64,000 bases of DNA from Octopus vulgaris. Taxonomy: Eukaryota. Shown here one piece after another: positions 25,208-41,114 of this stretch. The translations under genes were made by a program, and so were the position numbers. The stretch spans positions 49,538,001 through 49,602,000 of the forward strand of contig OX597827.1 of NCBI GenBank assembly GCA_951406725.2. Direction: 5' to 3'. How positions within the stretch are numbered: the stretch's first letter is position 1; the number at the start of each line of letters is the position of its first letter. A model generated the notes under the pieces. The model saw only the letters and a list, made by a program, of their open reading frames with translations, ran no database searches and had not been told where the DNA came from.

Positions 25208-26072
25208 CTAGTTGTTGTAGTGTAGCACCAGTTTAGCAGACCCATGGCACACAGGTAGTAAACATAAACCAAACAACCCAGTGCAATCCAAAGGTTTGCT
25301 TCTCCAACAATTAGAACAAGAACAACATCAGCAATAGTAACAAAAATGCAACGCAACAAGAATAACAAAATCAATAGCAGCAGCAGCAACAACAACAACA
25401 ATAACAACTCCAAACTCAATACAGATAGTCTCTCCCCATGAAATATAAGCACATGCTGCTTGAACTGAGAAATGAATGAAAGAAAACAAAAGAATAAAAT
25501 TAAATATTTATCACAAGTATAATCAACACCCATAATGTCAATTACTGAACCTTCTGCACCAAATGGAGTGTTATTTATTTATTTGTTTATTTTTGGTAGC
25601 AGTGGAGAGGTGGGGGGGCAGGCTTAAACTGTCACCCTGTTTTATGCCTCTATTTGGGCACTGAGTACCTTTATGAGAATTCACTGTGTTGCAAACACTC
25701 TGGGCAGGTCTTTAGTTCACACATAACCCATGAGTAGTGGCTTTTTCAACCCATCTTCCCAGGCTTAGCAACCATCCAAAATAGCTTATGAGATTTCTTC
25801 TTCCCTTCCCCCTCGACGACCTTGGAAACCCTTTATAAAAAAGAGTCGTGCTAAATGTCTTTGTTCTTCTGACTAAGACATAGAAATAATGTTTAGCTCA
25901 TCAATGACATCAATTATCAGGTGAGTAAGCTCATTAAACTTTTATGCAGGACTATGACTATCTGTTCACTTGAAGGGAGGTATCAAGAATTACACCAGCA
26001 TCCCTTCGACCAGTCTAATTTAATATAGCACAGCTTCAAGCTGATCATACAAACTATTAGAAATAGTAGTCA

Positions 26073-26450
26073 AAGGCGGTGAGCTGGCAGAATCATTAGC
26101 ACGCCGGGCGAAATGCTTTGCGGTATTTTGTCCGCCGCTGTGTTCTGAGTTCAAATTCTGCCAAGGTCGACTTTGCCTTTCATCCTTTCGGGGTCGATAA
26201 ATTAAGTACCAGTTATGCACTGGGGTCGATATAATTGACTTAATACCTATGTCTGTCCTTGTTTGTCCCCTCTATGTTTAGCCCCTTGTGGGTAATAAAG
26301 AAATAGGTATTTTGTCTGTCGCTACATTTTGGAGTCGATAAATTAAGTACCAGTTACGTACTGGGGGTCGATGTAATCGACTTAATCCCTTTGTCTGTTC
26401 TTGTTTCGCCCCTCTATGTTTAGCCCCGTGTGGGCATTAAAGAAATAAGA
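26073..26450 (+). mobile_element. SINE family A with duplicated 3' half
   Basis: Family head at 26073; GTCGATAAATTAAGTACCAG...TTTAGCCCC occurs twice. Confidence 0.8.
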
Positions 26451-26963
26451 AATAGTATTTATAACCCTCTTCAAATTTCATCTATTGTCTTAAAAAGAGT
26501 GAAAATACATTTGATAAAGTAGTCCGGAAAAATAATAATGGCAACCGTAATCACTCTGGTCATAAGGGATGGAGCTAAAGACAACACTAAATACTGACAA
26601 CACATCTAAAAGGATAAAAATTGCATTTATGACAGCCTAATGTCATGATATGGGTTTTTAAAAGAAATTTCCATATACGAATACTTAAATACAGACATAT
26701 ACTTAACCCTTTAGCATTCAGATTACTCTACTAAATGCAATGCTTATTTATTCACATTGTTTTGAATTACCAAGCATTATCTTGTAGATATTGTAGATTC
26801 CAATGATATGATTGTTTAGTTTTAGGACATTGTAGGGGAGGTGTGAGAGGACAGACCTGGCTAGCTTGAACATAAAACAATATTTTGGACGAATATGGCT
26901 GGTTTAAATGCTAAAGACTAAAATACAAAACATGTATACACAAACATACTCTCATATGCAGAG

Positions 26964-27092
26964 GACTCATACACTTTCCACTTCCCAGACATTTGTACAT
27001 TGCTGCATGTGCTTTATATGCACTTTTGACAAGTTGTGGTGCACCTGAGCACTGTATACAATAATTTCATTATTATTATTATTATTATTATT
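26964..27092 (+). mobile_element. CR1-like LINE 3' end with (ATT)n tail
   Basis: Matches the 3' UTR of the copy at 53487-53962. A third fragment lies at about 30525-30738 (-). Confidence 0.75.
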
Positions 27093-29522
27093 GAGTGAGA
27101 GAGCAGTTCATGCCATCAAAGTGACACTGGGGTAAAATATACGAAGCCCAATATACCCATCATGACTACCCGTCTGATAAAGGTACACCAGGCACATGCA
27201 TCACAACCATATGTGCGCGACATGGTGATCTCATATCAAGATAAACAGCACATGACCTTGCAGGTGGGGCCCAGTTAGAATTTTCTTCAGGTTGAGTAGC
27301 CCATCCCACTCAAAAGGTCCCTGAATAAGGGTTGTTTAAGGATGTTGAAAGAACCACCCATGTTTCCAGAGGTGAATTATTCAAACCCCAAAGAATCCCT
27401 CTCAACACATGGCTATGATGCACCCCCACTACTTCTGCTCGTGATCAGAGATGCACATATCGTCAGCCACTAAGGGACATGCTCAACTGGTTACGGTCAA
27501 ACAACTGACAAGCAAATCTGTGGTATTGAGCAGAATATTTGCTGTATTATTATTATTATTATTATTATATTTAAACACACATATTCACATTAATGCAATC
27601 TTTCATGTACACAAACTTACATGCAAGAATATCTAAATACACACACATAAATACAAATCCATAAACAATGTAACCATTGAGATATAAGTAATATCTGGAC
27701 AGCCTTAAACTTAGCAATTTGGAAGGGCCAGCAAAAGAGATGGGTCAAGCTACTGCTGCTTTAACTGTCTTATTAAAAGTGGTGGGGGGTAGCTACCATT
27801 AACACCACCATCACCTTCATAAACACCCTGAGCCAATAAGGTGGTTGCTCTACATGGTCGCATGACTTACTAGATATAGCAGTCAAATCCATTTTCAATC
27901 ACCCAACCAGCTTTATAACAGCAGGACACGTTATATAACATGATCCTGGCCACCTCCAAGAAACAGGATTATCATAGCTGGAATACATTTGATCAAGATC
28001 GAACAGGGGCAAAACAACAACAACAATAACAATACCACCATGACCATCATCAAATACACCACAGACAATCGCTACCATCATCACCACCATACCAACAGGA
28101 TTACCACAATCAGCAATAACGCTATTACTGAAGCTACAACTATCACTACCTTCAACACATCCACTACTGACACCACCACCACTACAACTATCATCAGTAT
28201 CACAACTATCACCACCAACATCACTTGAAAAGGGAGCTTCTACATGGTCGCTTGACCAACTAGAAATAGCATCTAAATTGCCCTTGAATTACATCCTACT
28301 GTCTACAACAAGAAAAGAACACACTAGATAATGTAATTCTAGACACTCCTAAGGTGGCGAGCTGGCAGAATTGTTAGCACACTGGGTAAAATGTTTAATG
28401 GTATTTCATCCATCCTTACTTTCTGAGTTCAAATTCCATTGAGGTCAACTTTGCCTTTCATCCTTTCGAGATTCCTTTCGAGATGGATAAAATAAGTACC
28501 AGTTGAGTACTGGGATCAATGTAACCAACTTAACTGCACCTCTCTACCAAGCTATGCCGAGCCAATCTGACAGAGTAGGTTCATCAAACCAGTATGATCT
28601 CAAGCTCAAATTCACAGCCTCCACATCAGACAGTGGTTGCAGGAGAGAAAAGGCTGAGGCCTCCATCCTATGGTGGACTGGACATAAGCAATCCAATCCA
28701 GATACCCCTAAAACATTGGATGCTTATAATTGAAATGCTTCTGATCACATGTTCTGTTCAATCAGGGTTTACATATAAAATTTTTTTATAAATATCACTG
28801 CCATCATCATCCTCACATCCACTACCCCATCCACTACCACCATCACTACAACTTCACCACCACTGCTATCACTCCCATCGCTACCATAACCAATATACAC
28901 AAGCTGAACAGTAAAACCAGGTTGCCTGAAGCTATTATTCTCTATGTTATAAATAAACATCCAACTAACTAAACAACCATCTCAAGCCAACAAGGGTGCT
29001 TCTACATGGCTGCTCAGTCAACTAGAAATAACAGCCAAACAATGGAGCCTTGTAAGAAAAACAAGCTAACAAGGTTCCTTAAATCACACCCTTAAAAAAG
29101 GGAAAGAGAGATGCATTGAATAATGCAGTTCTAAATATATAAAAGACAGAATGGTCTTTTTGTTCACAGCTCAACTGATTAATGTATCTGCTAAGAGAGC
29201 CACTACAGAGTTGCTTGACCTGCTCATAATGGCAACCAAATCTCCCTCAAATCACAAAAGATAGGGCACATCTGTCCAAGGTAGATTATAGAAGATGTGA
29301 TGGTTAAAGCTGCAATGCCTTTGAAGATATATCTGCTCAATCAGGGTTGACCTACTGTTAGCAATAGTAATTTCTACAATAGACTCAAGCTTGCTACTCA
29401 TCTGGGGTCAGAGTATAGTCAATCTAACTGACTCCTACCCCAGTATTTCAATGGAATTTTATCAAATTTAGAATAATGACACGCAAAGTCGATCTCAAGG
29501 AGATCTGAACCTAGAACATTAA

Positions 29523-29730
29523 CCCTTTCAATACCTTCCAGCCCAAGACTGCCCTCTGATTCTATGGTACAAAGTTCATTTTTCAAAGTGACCTTCCATC
29601 AAAATTTCATGTTAACTTATATTCCAAACTAGATTAATGATTATATTGTTATTTTATTAAATTCTTCGTTACTTTCAAGATTAATTGAAACAAAGCAGTG
29701 TATTTCAACAGAAATATGGTCACAAAAGGG
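29523..29730. mobile_element. piggyBac-like MITE
   Basis: TTAA|CCCTTT...AAAAGGG|TTAA; internal sequence related to 7717-7938 in the opposite orientation. Confidence 0.78.
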
Positions 29731-30132
29731 TTAATATAAATGTGGAACGATTAATATTGGATGCCATTAACCCTTTTGGGGTATAAAGGGCTCCTTAGCC
29801 ATAGTGAAGGCAATCTGTCTAGGGAGATAACCTTACAATAAATCACTCAGTCCATAGCTTAGAAATACTGGGTTGACGTCCAACAGGAACAGCTTTGTTT
29901 CATGGAGTTAGGAAAGATCTTCTTTAGTGCTTGGTTTTACAATGCTTTCCAATGGGTGTAGTAGCGGCGTGCGCACACATTATTAGCCATTTGAAAAGAC
30001 TATGGAATTTACAATTAACTGCACCAGGGTTCCTCTTCCCCAGGGAACCAGACTTAATGGTATACCTGTGGATGTAGGTCCAGCCCCTGCTTTGCTGGGT
30101 CCTGTCTCTGATCATGTTGCACCTCCAAAGGC

Positions 30133-30246
30133 TCCAGGGATACAGGCATCCAGCAACAGGACCTCCGTAATGCTATGATGGACCGTGAGGTCTGGCGTGG
30201 CACGGTAAATTCCATTGTGTCGACCACGGTCGAACAATGATGATGA
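30133..30246 (+). mobile_element. LINE 3' terminus (RTE-like) with (TGA)n tail
   Basis: SRDTGIQQQDLRNAMMDREVWRGTVNSIVSTTVEQ* (DRxxWR motif) followed by tgatgatga. Confidence 0.6.
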
Positions 30247-31491
30247 ACCCTTTTGATACCAACTTACCTGAGACAGCCCATAGTTTTGTGATACAAACTT
30301 CCTATTTTAAAGTGATCCAAACCATCAAAATTTCATGTTAATTTATGCTGTAAACACCAGCTTAATAATGACAAAATTAATTTTCTAAATTCTCCACTAT
30401 TTTCAAAATAAATTAAAACAAAAGTAGTGTATTTCAACTAAGGTAACAACAGATGGAAACAAAATACAATCACAAAGCGTATTAAGGGACACAACTAACA
30501 ACAGCAAGGGACTAAATTATATATATAATATAATATAATGAAATTATTGTATACAGTGCTCAGGTGCACCACAACTTGTCAAAAGTGCATATAAAGCATA
30601 TGCAGTAATGTACAAATGTCTGGAAAGCGAACAGTGTATAAGTCAGATACATGCTTGCATGTGTATGGAGGGGGGGAAATCAGGTGTAGTGTTGGCGAAT
30701 CTCAAGAAGCATGGAAGTTTTGAAGGATGCAGTGCTCCAAATTAGATCTCCACTGTTTGTGCATTCCACCATCTTCAATATAACAACAAAAATAATGAAA
30801 ACATGAAATAGAATAATCAGAAAAGAGAAAAAAAAACCTATATTATTTTCACCACTGCCAGCACCACCACCATAACCACCCTCATTACCCTGACTTCACC
30901 ATCATCACCACTACCACCACAACAACCTTTACCCCAGCATCCCCACCACCATTATTATCACCATCACTGCTGTTATTACCCCCAGCACCAGTATCAACAA
31001 CATTAAACCCACCACTGCCCCCTATCACCACCACCACCACAATTATTACCCTAGCACTACCCACCAGCACAATTACCCCCAGCACCTTCACCACCATATT
31101 CCACCACTAACAATAATAATAACAATGAAAATAATCCCATCCCCCAGCACCACTACCACCATCACCACCACCATCCAACACCAATGACCAGAAATTTCTA
31201 TGACTAGCTAAACTACAGCTGATATTTCCAAATATAAATGTCAAATGAGAGAAGTGAGAGTGGGAGGTGAGGCTGCAGTGCAATGTGCGTAGTTTAAACT
31301 GTTCCACCCAGATTAATCACCCTGGAGTGAGTGACACTACAAAGTGGAATACTTTAAAACTGTTGTACACACTCAAACATGCATTGTACTTAACACACGC
31401 AAATAAGTACTATTTTTCAATATACGCAAAAATTACTACAAACACAGACACAGTTGCATTCACATACACATGTGCACACACATACATATGC

Positions 31492-31559
<68 letters not shown>

Positions 31560-32312
31560 ATATATACATATATATGCATGTGAGTGTATGTGCACATTGT
31601 GTGCGTGTGAATGCAGGCATATATACACACATATATACATACATATATAATACATGTAGACATATATATATAAAACATATACATATACACACATATATAT
31701 ATAAAACATATACATATACACACATATACATACACACACATATATTTACAGATATGATATAGTAAACAATATAAACATACATGCATATACTCATATATAC
31801 AGACACACACACACACATAGTTACATACACTCATATAGATGAATGGATGGATAGATGGATGGATAGATGGATGGATTGATGGATAAGTACATACACTCAC
31901 GTACGTATATAATTCTAGTTGCCATAATATTTGGCTGCCAAACAGCAGCCAAATCTCCCTCAAACAGCACCCTACCCTTTTACAGAAAAAGTACACATTG
32001 AAAATTATGTCCTAGATAAGCTAAAAAGATTGTATGTTCATAGTTGGAATGCCTTTGATCATAGGGTTGACTTAAGTTAAATAACATCTAGTCATCATTC
32101 ATACACACATATACACACACACACACATACAAACACATAAATATATACACACACACACACTCACACATACACACACCCACACCAAAGACATACTTTGTGT
32201 GTGTGTGTGTGTGTGTGTGCATGTGAGTGTATGTATGTATGTATGTATATGTAGGTAGAAAACGCATCCAGACATATATACTTACATATGTGCATGTACA
32301 TATATGTATATG

Positions 32313-32346
<34 letters not shown>

Positions 32347-32577
32347 ACCCATGCTAGCATGGAAAGTGTTAAATGATGATGATATAATCATCATCATCAT
32401 TATTTAGCATCTGTTGTCCATGCCGCGCCATGGTTTGACCAGGGCTGGCAAACAGGAAGGCTGCACCAGACTCCAGTCTCATCTGGCATGATTTCTACAG
32501 CTGAATGCCCTTCCTAACGCCAACCACTCCAAGATTGTAATGGATCCTTTTACGTGCTACCAACACAAGTGCCATTT

Positions 32578-32613
<36 letters not shown>

Positions 32614-32815
32614 TCACACATATATATATATAAACAATAGTCTTCTTTCAGTTTCCACCTACCAAACCCACTCACAACATATCAGTCAGCCCAGGGCCAT
32701 AGTAGGAGATACTTGTCAAACGTCCCACACAGTAACACTGAACTCAAAACCATATGTTTGGAAAGCAAAATTCTTACCACACTATCATACATGCATGCAT
32801 CTGTCTGTTTGCCTA

Positions 32816-32856
<41 letters not shown>

Positions 32857-32885
32857 ATGTATGTATGTATGTATGTATGTATATC

Positions 32886-32922
<37 letters not shown>

Positions 32923-33208
32923 CATTTAGACATAGAGATACTAATAAGCTGATGCTAGAATTCAATATATACGCTTCAGAGACAAGCATTAGTCGAGTAC
33001 AGAGTGTAATAAGTGATTAAATAAATGACAAGGGAACAAGAAATTGTGTTATAAACTGCATTAGTTTATAGCTGTTTCTGCAATAAGATGCAATAATGCA
33101 TTGATAGATTGGTGCACAAGCACTTAACTATGAATACATTGCATTCTGATGCAGAAAACAACACCAAGCTAATGAAGCCGTTACATAATTTCTTGTTCTT
33201 GTCATTTA

Positions 33209-33246
<38 letters not shown>

Positions 33247-34272
33247 CCAGCAGAAATTGCCAAAGCATCGATAGAAAAAATTTGTGGTATTTCTTCCAGA
33301 ATTTTTATGTTCTGAGTTCTAACCCTACCAAGGTCAACCATGCTTTTCAACATTTGATATAATAAAGAACTCACCCAAGAAAATAGCTGGTTTTTTGTGG
33401 ATAAATCTGAAACTCCATGCCCACCAACTCCATGCCCACCAACTCCATTGTCCACTCTCTATGTACTTCCACCACTTATTCCCTCCCTCAAATTCACAAA
33501 CTCAACAACCCTGGCTGCCCCAACATCTCTACTTGCTTTTGCCCCACTTCACATATTTCTATGGATGTAGAAGTATTTTCACATTTTCACAACCCCAAGT
33601 TACTATTCCAGCCTCTATTACACTGATCTCATTATTTACCTCCCCAACTCCTAATTCCCTCAAAGCTCCTCTTTGCTCTTCTTCACTTAAAATATTGGTT
33701 TCAAATCTTGGTACTTTCAATATTCAATTTCTATACACAGTCATAGACAACCCTACACCTCTTAAGCTCAAAATTGCTATCTTTTCGGTTTATAGTGCTA
33801 TTTCTCACTATGGTTCACCCATTTTTCACTTTCATAAAGAACAATAGCTTATCTTCCACCTCGGATGCTTCCCTAGCACATCATAATTTACCGGGATTAC
33901 ATACACACACACTTTGAATACCATGCACACTCACAGACACCTCAAGTATCACATTCACTAATCTTATACATCTATACATTCACTAAGACTGAAGACATCA
34001 CACACATATGCACATACACAAATATAACTACAAAATTCACACATGCACACATTCTCAAAATCATACATTCCCACATAGAAACACACTGATATACACACCC
34101 CCTTACCTTACACATACACATCCTCAGCCAAGTTACCAAATATAAACATTTTGCCTTACTATAATGCAGTGCATGCACATCATATACACACATACATGCA
34201 ATTCCTATACCACACATACACAAATCCTATACATCCATACTTCCACATAGCCATATTACATTACACATATAC

Positions 34273-34673
34273 ACTCTTTTACTTATTTCAGTCATTTGAC
34301 TGTGGCCATGCTGGAGCACCACCTTTAGTCAAGCAAATCGCCCCCAGGACTTATTCTTTGTAAGCCTAATACTTATTCTATCAGTCTCTTTTGCCAAACC
34401 GCTAAGTCATGGGGAGGTAAACACACCAGCATTGGTTGTCAAGCGATATTGAGGGGACAAACACAGACCCACAAACACACACACACACATATATATATAT
34501 ATACATATATACGACAGGCTTCTTTCAGTTTCCATCTAACAAATTCACTCACAAGGCCTTGGTCAGCCCAAGGCTATAGTAGAAGACACTTGCCCAAGGT
34601 ACCTCACAGTGGGACTGAACCCGTAACCATGTGGTTGGTAAGTAAGCTACTTACCACACAGCCACTCCTGCGC
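34273..34673 (-). mobile_element. SINE family B
   Basis: Family head and tail present. Confidence 0.83.
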
Positions 34674-37388
34674 TACACTAGTAAACGTATTAGCTTCACA
34701 CATACAAAAATACACACCATTCACCTTATACCAGCACAAACGCATACCAACACTTCACACACATGCACATGATTATCTTCTCCCTCTTCTCCTTCAAATC
34801 ACACAACCACTGCATACACAACCAAATAGTCCACACATTCCTACACATCACATGAATTAATCCCACACTCAAATATCCAACTAGACCCTACAAGTCATAC
34901 GCCTACACATACACGCAGATTGTTATCCCTACTGACAGTTACGAGATAGTTGGCTAATTGAAATCGGCATTTAGGTAGATATATGGATACTTATTGATTG
35001 ATAGTTTGACAGAATGATAAATAAAGAACTAAACTGACACATCCAGAGATGGACAGCTTCCCTAGCAGTGAGCGTCAATCTGATGCACAAACTGACCACA
35101 CAATACATGAGCTACATAGACAGACGTATTTCTTCATAGTTTCATAGAGAAACTTACAGACAGAAAGTTATATATATATATATGTATATGTGTGTGTTTG
35201 TTTACATGTGTGTGTGTGTGTGTGTGAGTGTGTGTGTGTGAGTGTGTGTGTGTGTGTGTGTGCATGTGTGTACATACATATGGTACATACAACCATGAGC
35301 CATACTCGCAACTTTCACCCATCTCCCAACAATTTTACTGGGATTGGAACCTCATTCACCTTCCTCTCCACCATCATCTTCTTTGAGAATGAAACTTTCA
35401 AAAGTCAATGAAGGTTTGGCTGAAGAAGCAAGAATGTCTTTTTAGTCCTTTCAATCACATTCACCATGGCCACTTCCACCACAGCCAGGCAAAGACTACC
35501 TGCCCTTCCCAGCCAAACAAAGACAACTAGACAATCTCAGTAATAATAATTATATGTAACATAGGCACAAGGCCTGAAACATAGGGTATCAACCCCAGTT
35601 TTTCACAGCTCCTTTAGTTTAGAAAATAATAAACATGCCCTTTTAAAGCCTAGCCAGACTCGTGGGCCCGGTTTCCCGGTTTCTATGGCATATGTGTTCC
35701 CCAGCTGGACAGGATGCCAGTCCATCGCAGCATTACTCATTTTTGCCAGCTATGAAATGAAGTGTTTTGCTCAAGAACACATTGCGTTGCCCAGTCCACG
35801 AATCGAAACCACAATCTTATGATCTTGATGCTGACACCCTAACCACTTAGCCACGCGCCTCCACTCCTTTAGTTTAGTAACACCAAAAGGAGAAAATGCA
35901 AAATTGACCTTGCTAGGATCTGAACTCAGAATACAAAAAACCAGACCAAATACTACAAAGCATTTTTTTTTTTCTTACACACTAACAATACTGCCAGCTT
36001 GAAACCCCTTCAATAACAATTATTTCTAACACAGGTGCAAAATCCCACATTTTGTGGAAGGCTATATATAAAAGGATTATGTTACAGGATTATGTAAGAG
36101 ATTCCGTTGAGATTTTGCTGATAATTATCACATCAGTTTAATCAAATTTTTCTCTTGCCTGCAAAATATTCTGGCCTTGTGCCTACAGGAGAAAACATTA
36201 CATTGTTTGATGTGAGGAAGCAAAGCTAAAATCCAAACAGTCTTTTGTATTCGACTGGCTGACAAATATAGTGAGAGTAAGTAGCTGGAAATGTTACTGA
36301 ATTGTTGTATCACATGACAGCACAGAACTTAGTTCTATGCTGCGCGTATGTGTGTGCGTGCATTTGTGTGTGTGTGTGTGTGTATGCACACACAAGCTTG
36401 TATGTGTTTGTGCGTGTGTATTTTCATATGAATGCACAAACAGCACTTACTGGCAAGAAAAATTAGTTCAGTAATAAGATCACTATGATGATCTTATACT
36501 ATACTATTCACACACATACACACCCACACATACACACACACACACACACACACATACATACATACACACAACATGCATGCACATATCTGCGCACACATGT
36601 ACCCAAAGCTAACTAAAATTCTTACAACTTGGGAATGATGATTACTATGAAGACGATGATTGATAGTGATGACAGTGATGACAACTAAAATGATGACAAC
36701 AATGATGATAAAGATGATAATGATGATGATGATGACACCAATAATGATGATGAAGTTAACAAAGATGATACATGATCATCACTACTGTACTGGTAATAAA
36801 GATAATGATAATACTGGTAATAATAATGACAATGATAAAAGAAGATAACAAGAGCATTTACATGACCATGATAAATAGTGATGGTGAGGATGTCAGAACA
36901 ACAGGAACATACAGACAGGATAGATTTGTTGTTTTATTTTTATTTATTTATTTATTTATTTTTTCAGTTTGTTACTCTGAAGAAAAAAACAGTAAGCCTA
37001 TTATAGCCTTCTAAGGCTTTCTTGGACTGGAGAGCAGGCAACAGAATGGTTAAGACAAAGCAGGTATGGTTATAGTACAGTTGTAAGTATAGTGGTACAG
37101 GATAGAGGGAGAAGAGGATAAAAAGGGAGATCAGTTCCAAAGAAATACAGCAGGCTTTGGCAGGAGGCTTGGAGAAAATGTTTAGCATATGATTCTAGGC
37201 TTGGAAGAGTGGCAAGAAGCTGGAAATGATAATTAAACACATTTGTGGGAACGGGGATGCAAAGGCATTGAATGCAATCAGATGGAGAAGGTTGAACTGC
37301 AAAACAACTAATGCAGTTATAGTGTTGGCATATTCAGAGAACAGAGAATCTATTGTATGTAGGTGTGCATGTGCTTATTTAAAAATAC

Positions 37389-37556
37389 ATAGGAGTGGCT
37401 GTGTGGTAAGTAGCTTGCTTACCAACCACATGGTTCAGGGTTCAGTACCACCGCGTGGCACCTTGGGCAAGTGTCTTGTACTATAGCCTCGGACTGACCA
37501 AAGCCTTATGAGTGGATTTGGTAGACGGAAACTGAAAGAAGCCTGTCATATATATG

Positions 37557-37608
<52 letters not shown>

Positions 37609-37828
37609 TGTGTGTGTGTTTGTGTGTCTGTGTTTGTCCCCCCCAACATCACTTGACAACCAATGCTGTTGTGTTTACGTCCCCGTAACTTAGCAGTTCG
37701 GCAAAAGACACCGAAAGAATAAGTACTTGGCTTACAAAGAATAAGTCCTGGGGTTGATTTGCTCGACTAAAGGCAGTGCTCCAGCATGGCTGTAATCAAA
37801 TGACTGAAACAAGTAAAAGAGTAAAGAG
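37389..37828 (+). mobile_element. SINE family B
   Basis: GGAGTGGCTGTGTGGTAAG head through the GTAAAAGAG tail. Confidence 0.83.
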
Positions 37829-38264
37829 TATATATATATACATATATATATATAGATATATATATAGATAGATATATATGCAGACACATACATGTGTCTA
37901 TAGATATGCATACACACAAATAACTATGATTGGCACTCTGTCAGTTACAACAAGGATTCCAGTTGATCTGATTAACAGAACACCCTGCTCATGAAATTGA
38001 TATGCAAGTAGCCGAGCACTCCACAGACATGTGTGCCCATAATGGCTGGCCCTTTTGAAATACAGAGAGTACTCGTTTTTGCCAGCTGAGTGGACTGGAG
38101 CAATGTGTGAAATAGAGTGTCTTGTTCAAAGACACAAACAACATGCTTCCGGTTTTCAAACTCACAACTTTACAATTGTGAGTTGACTACCCTGTCCACT
38201 AAGCCATACACCTTCACATCTTCATAGATACACACACACACACACACGTGTATATATATATATT

Positions 38265-38297
<33 letters not shown>

Positions 38298-38299
38298 AT

Positions 38300-39261
38300 A
38301 TGGAATTCAAAACTGGATGCCTGTGGGAACTGCTGTATACTGATGACCTTGCTCTTATTGCAGAATCTTTAGCAGAATTGGAGAAGAAATTCCAGGCCTT
38401 AAAGTTAACCCAGCAAAGACCAAAGTTGTTGTCAGTAAGAAAGAAGATAAAACTCTCTTTCCATCAGGTAGGTAGCACTGCTCAACATGTAGGAAATGAG
38501 TTGGAAGAAATTGCAGTTGCTGCACCCATTGTGAACTATGGACACATTAGTGGAATCACAGGTAGATTGACAGATAAGTTGTCTTTGTCTGTGGCAAATG
38601 CTCAGGAACAATAAGCACTAAGAGTACAGAGGGCTTAGATTCTCTCAAATGCCAAGGAGGCTCTCTTGAGGATGTAGATAGTTTTTGTTACCTAGGTGAC
38701 CAAAATAGTGATGGTGGAGAATGCTCTGAAAGTATTGTTTCTAAAATAAGAATAGGGTGGAGGAAGTTCAGAGAGTTATTACCTCTGTTGGCAACAAAAG
38801 GACTCTCTCTCTCTCTCACAGTGAAAGGTAGACTGTATGATGCTTGTGTGTGAATGGCTATACTCCATGGTAGTGAGACATCAGCTCTGAATACAGAAGA
38901 CATGTGAAGACTGGAGAGAAATGAAGGCAGTATGCTCCATTAAATGTGCAACATCAGTGTGCATGTAGGATAAAGTGCAAATGTGTTGAGAGAAAAGTCA
39001 GGCATAAAAGGAATCAAATGTAGCATGCAAGAGAGAAGACTTCGATGGTTTGGATATGTGATGTGTATGAATGAAGACAGCTGCATAAAGAAGTGCTGGC
39101 CACTGAAAATGGATGGCACCCACAGAAGAGGGAGACCCAAGAAGACGTGGGATGAAGTGGTAAGGACCGATCTCAGGATGCTGGGCCTCACAGAGGAAAT
39201 GATAATGGACCTAAATGTCCTGCAATGTGAGGTTCTTGAGAAGACCCACCCACATCAGTGA
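38300..39261 (+). mobile_element. RTE-clade LINE fragment (RT C-terminal region), disrupted
   Basis: LWELLYTDDLALIAES (YxDD), FCYLGD, RRLRWFGYVM..RRGRPKKTWDEVV; stops and frameshifts present. Confidence 0.88.
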
Positions 39262-41114
39262 AACTAAGTTCTAGAAGTGCTGTGTGTCTCACTCACATAT
39301 AACAAAAAAAAATTCTCAACAACCCTACCACAACAAACCAAACTACATCTCTTCTCTTCCTCATATTTCCACTTTATGCATTGTGCTTACCTTCCACTCC
39401 CCAATTTTGTCCTCTTGGCCCTGTCTGACTGTATCGTTGCTATACCCTGGCCCCCAATTTGTGTTCCACCCACGCATACAAAGAAAACATTTCATACACC
39501 CTTCCCCAACAAACTAATTTACATCACTTCTCTTTCTCACATTTCCTCCTTCATAAGCTATGCCTACTTCTCACTACCCAATCCTGTCCTCACAGCCCTG
39601 TTTCTATGTATCATTGCTATCGAGTAACCCCCCCATACCACCACCACTACTCTATATACCCAGCTTTTCACCACTCACTTCCTCTCCCCACTCTCTAATC
39701 ATGCTTCTTTGGCAATATCCTGCCACTTATATTATGACCTTTGAACCTCAAAGGTATGCCCTGGCACTTGCCACCATCTATATCTCTCTCTTCCTTTACT
39801 CAACCATCCCATTTATATTCTGATCTCTGTCCCTTGTGAGTGTATCTAGCACTTTGTCACCACCTCTACCCTGCTGTCTCCCACTCTGTCCTTCTCCTGT
39901 ACTTCCCTCAGGTTGGATAACCATGTATCTTCTTTGTGGCAGCACACCTGTTTCTGTCCTCATTGCTGATCTCTCTCTCTCTCTCTCTCTCTCCGGCCAG
40001 GTAACCTTGTACCTTCTCTACGGCAAGACACCTGTTTCTGTCTCTCTGTCTCACCACAACCCTTCATCATCTGACACAAGATCACTGCTTCCAATACAGC
40101 CTCCCCTCTCAAAAGATTTTTGTCTTGCAAGTTACTTGATGACCCTGTCAGTGCAGGTGCCACTTAAAAAGCATCCAGTCCACACTATAAAGTGGTTGGC
40201 ACTTGGAAGGGCACCTAGCTGTAAAAACTTTGCCAAAACTGACCTCACTTATGCTTGTGCCACATAAAAAGCACTAAGTCCATTCTGCTGGGTGGTTGGT
40301 GTTAGGAAAGGCATCCAGCTGTAACAATCCTGCCAAAACAGTCACAGAAGTCTAGTGCAGGCTTCTGCCTGGCTGGTTCCTGTCAAACTGTTCCACCCAA
40401 GCCAGTATGGAAGGCAGATGTTAAATGATGATGATGATATATACACACAAACATACATATCATCAGTAGTCAACATCCAGCTTCTATGCTGGTATGGCTT
40501 GAATGGTTCAAAAGAATTTAATAAATCGGAGATCAACATTATACACCAATATCTACTTCAGTATGGTTTCTATGGCTTGATGCCCTTCCTTATGCCAACC
40601 ATTTTACAGAGTGTTCTGGATGCTTTTTTTATGACACCAGCACTAGTGAAGATTATCTTGTACTTTGCTAGACTACGGATCAAAAGGATGACCCTGTAAT
40701 TGAGGGAGAATGGAAGAGAAAGGCTGTGGTGTTTCTAGGCCAGGTGATGAAGGAGGGTGAGCAAGACGTAAGAAACAGATTTATAGTTGTGATGGAATGG
40801 TAGTAAAGAGAGTCACAGAGTAGGAAAGTTAACACTAATTCAGATCTGGTCACTTTATCAATGTAACTACACATGTGCTGTTGGCGATTTCTTTTCCTTG
40901 GACTTTTCCCTTTCTCCTTTCCGACAAAGAGCTATACTTGAAACATCAAACTCTTTCTTTTTACCGAGCATCAAGCAAATACATATCCTTGTGCTAGTCC
41001 TCTTGTTGTCTGTTAATTTTATTATTTATTTATTTGAACTGACTAAGTATATATATTTCGTTTTAGGATTTGGTTTGCAAGATTCTTTATATGAGGTCGT
41101 GTGTTGAAGCATAT

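Noticed and set aside
27440-27515. Possible HDV-like ribozyme or hammerhead on the minus strand (gtcagtt/ggctgac pairing, CTGACGA)
   Set aside because: I could not build P1.1, P2 and P3 for an HDV fold, and there is no stem II-GAAA for a hammerhead.
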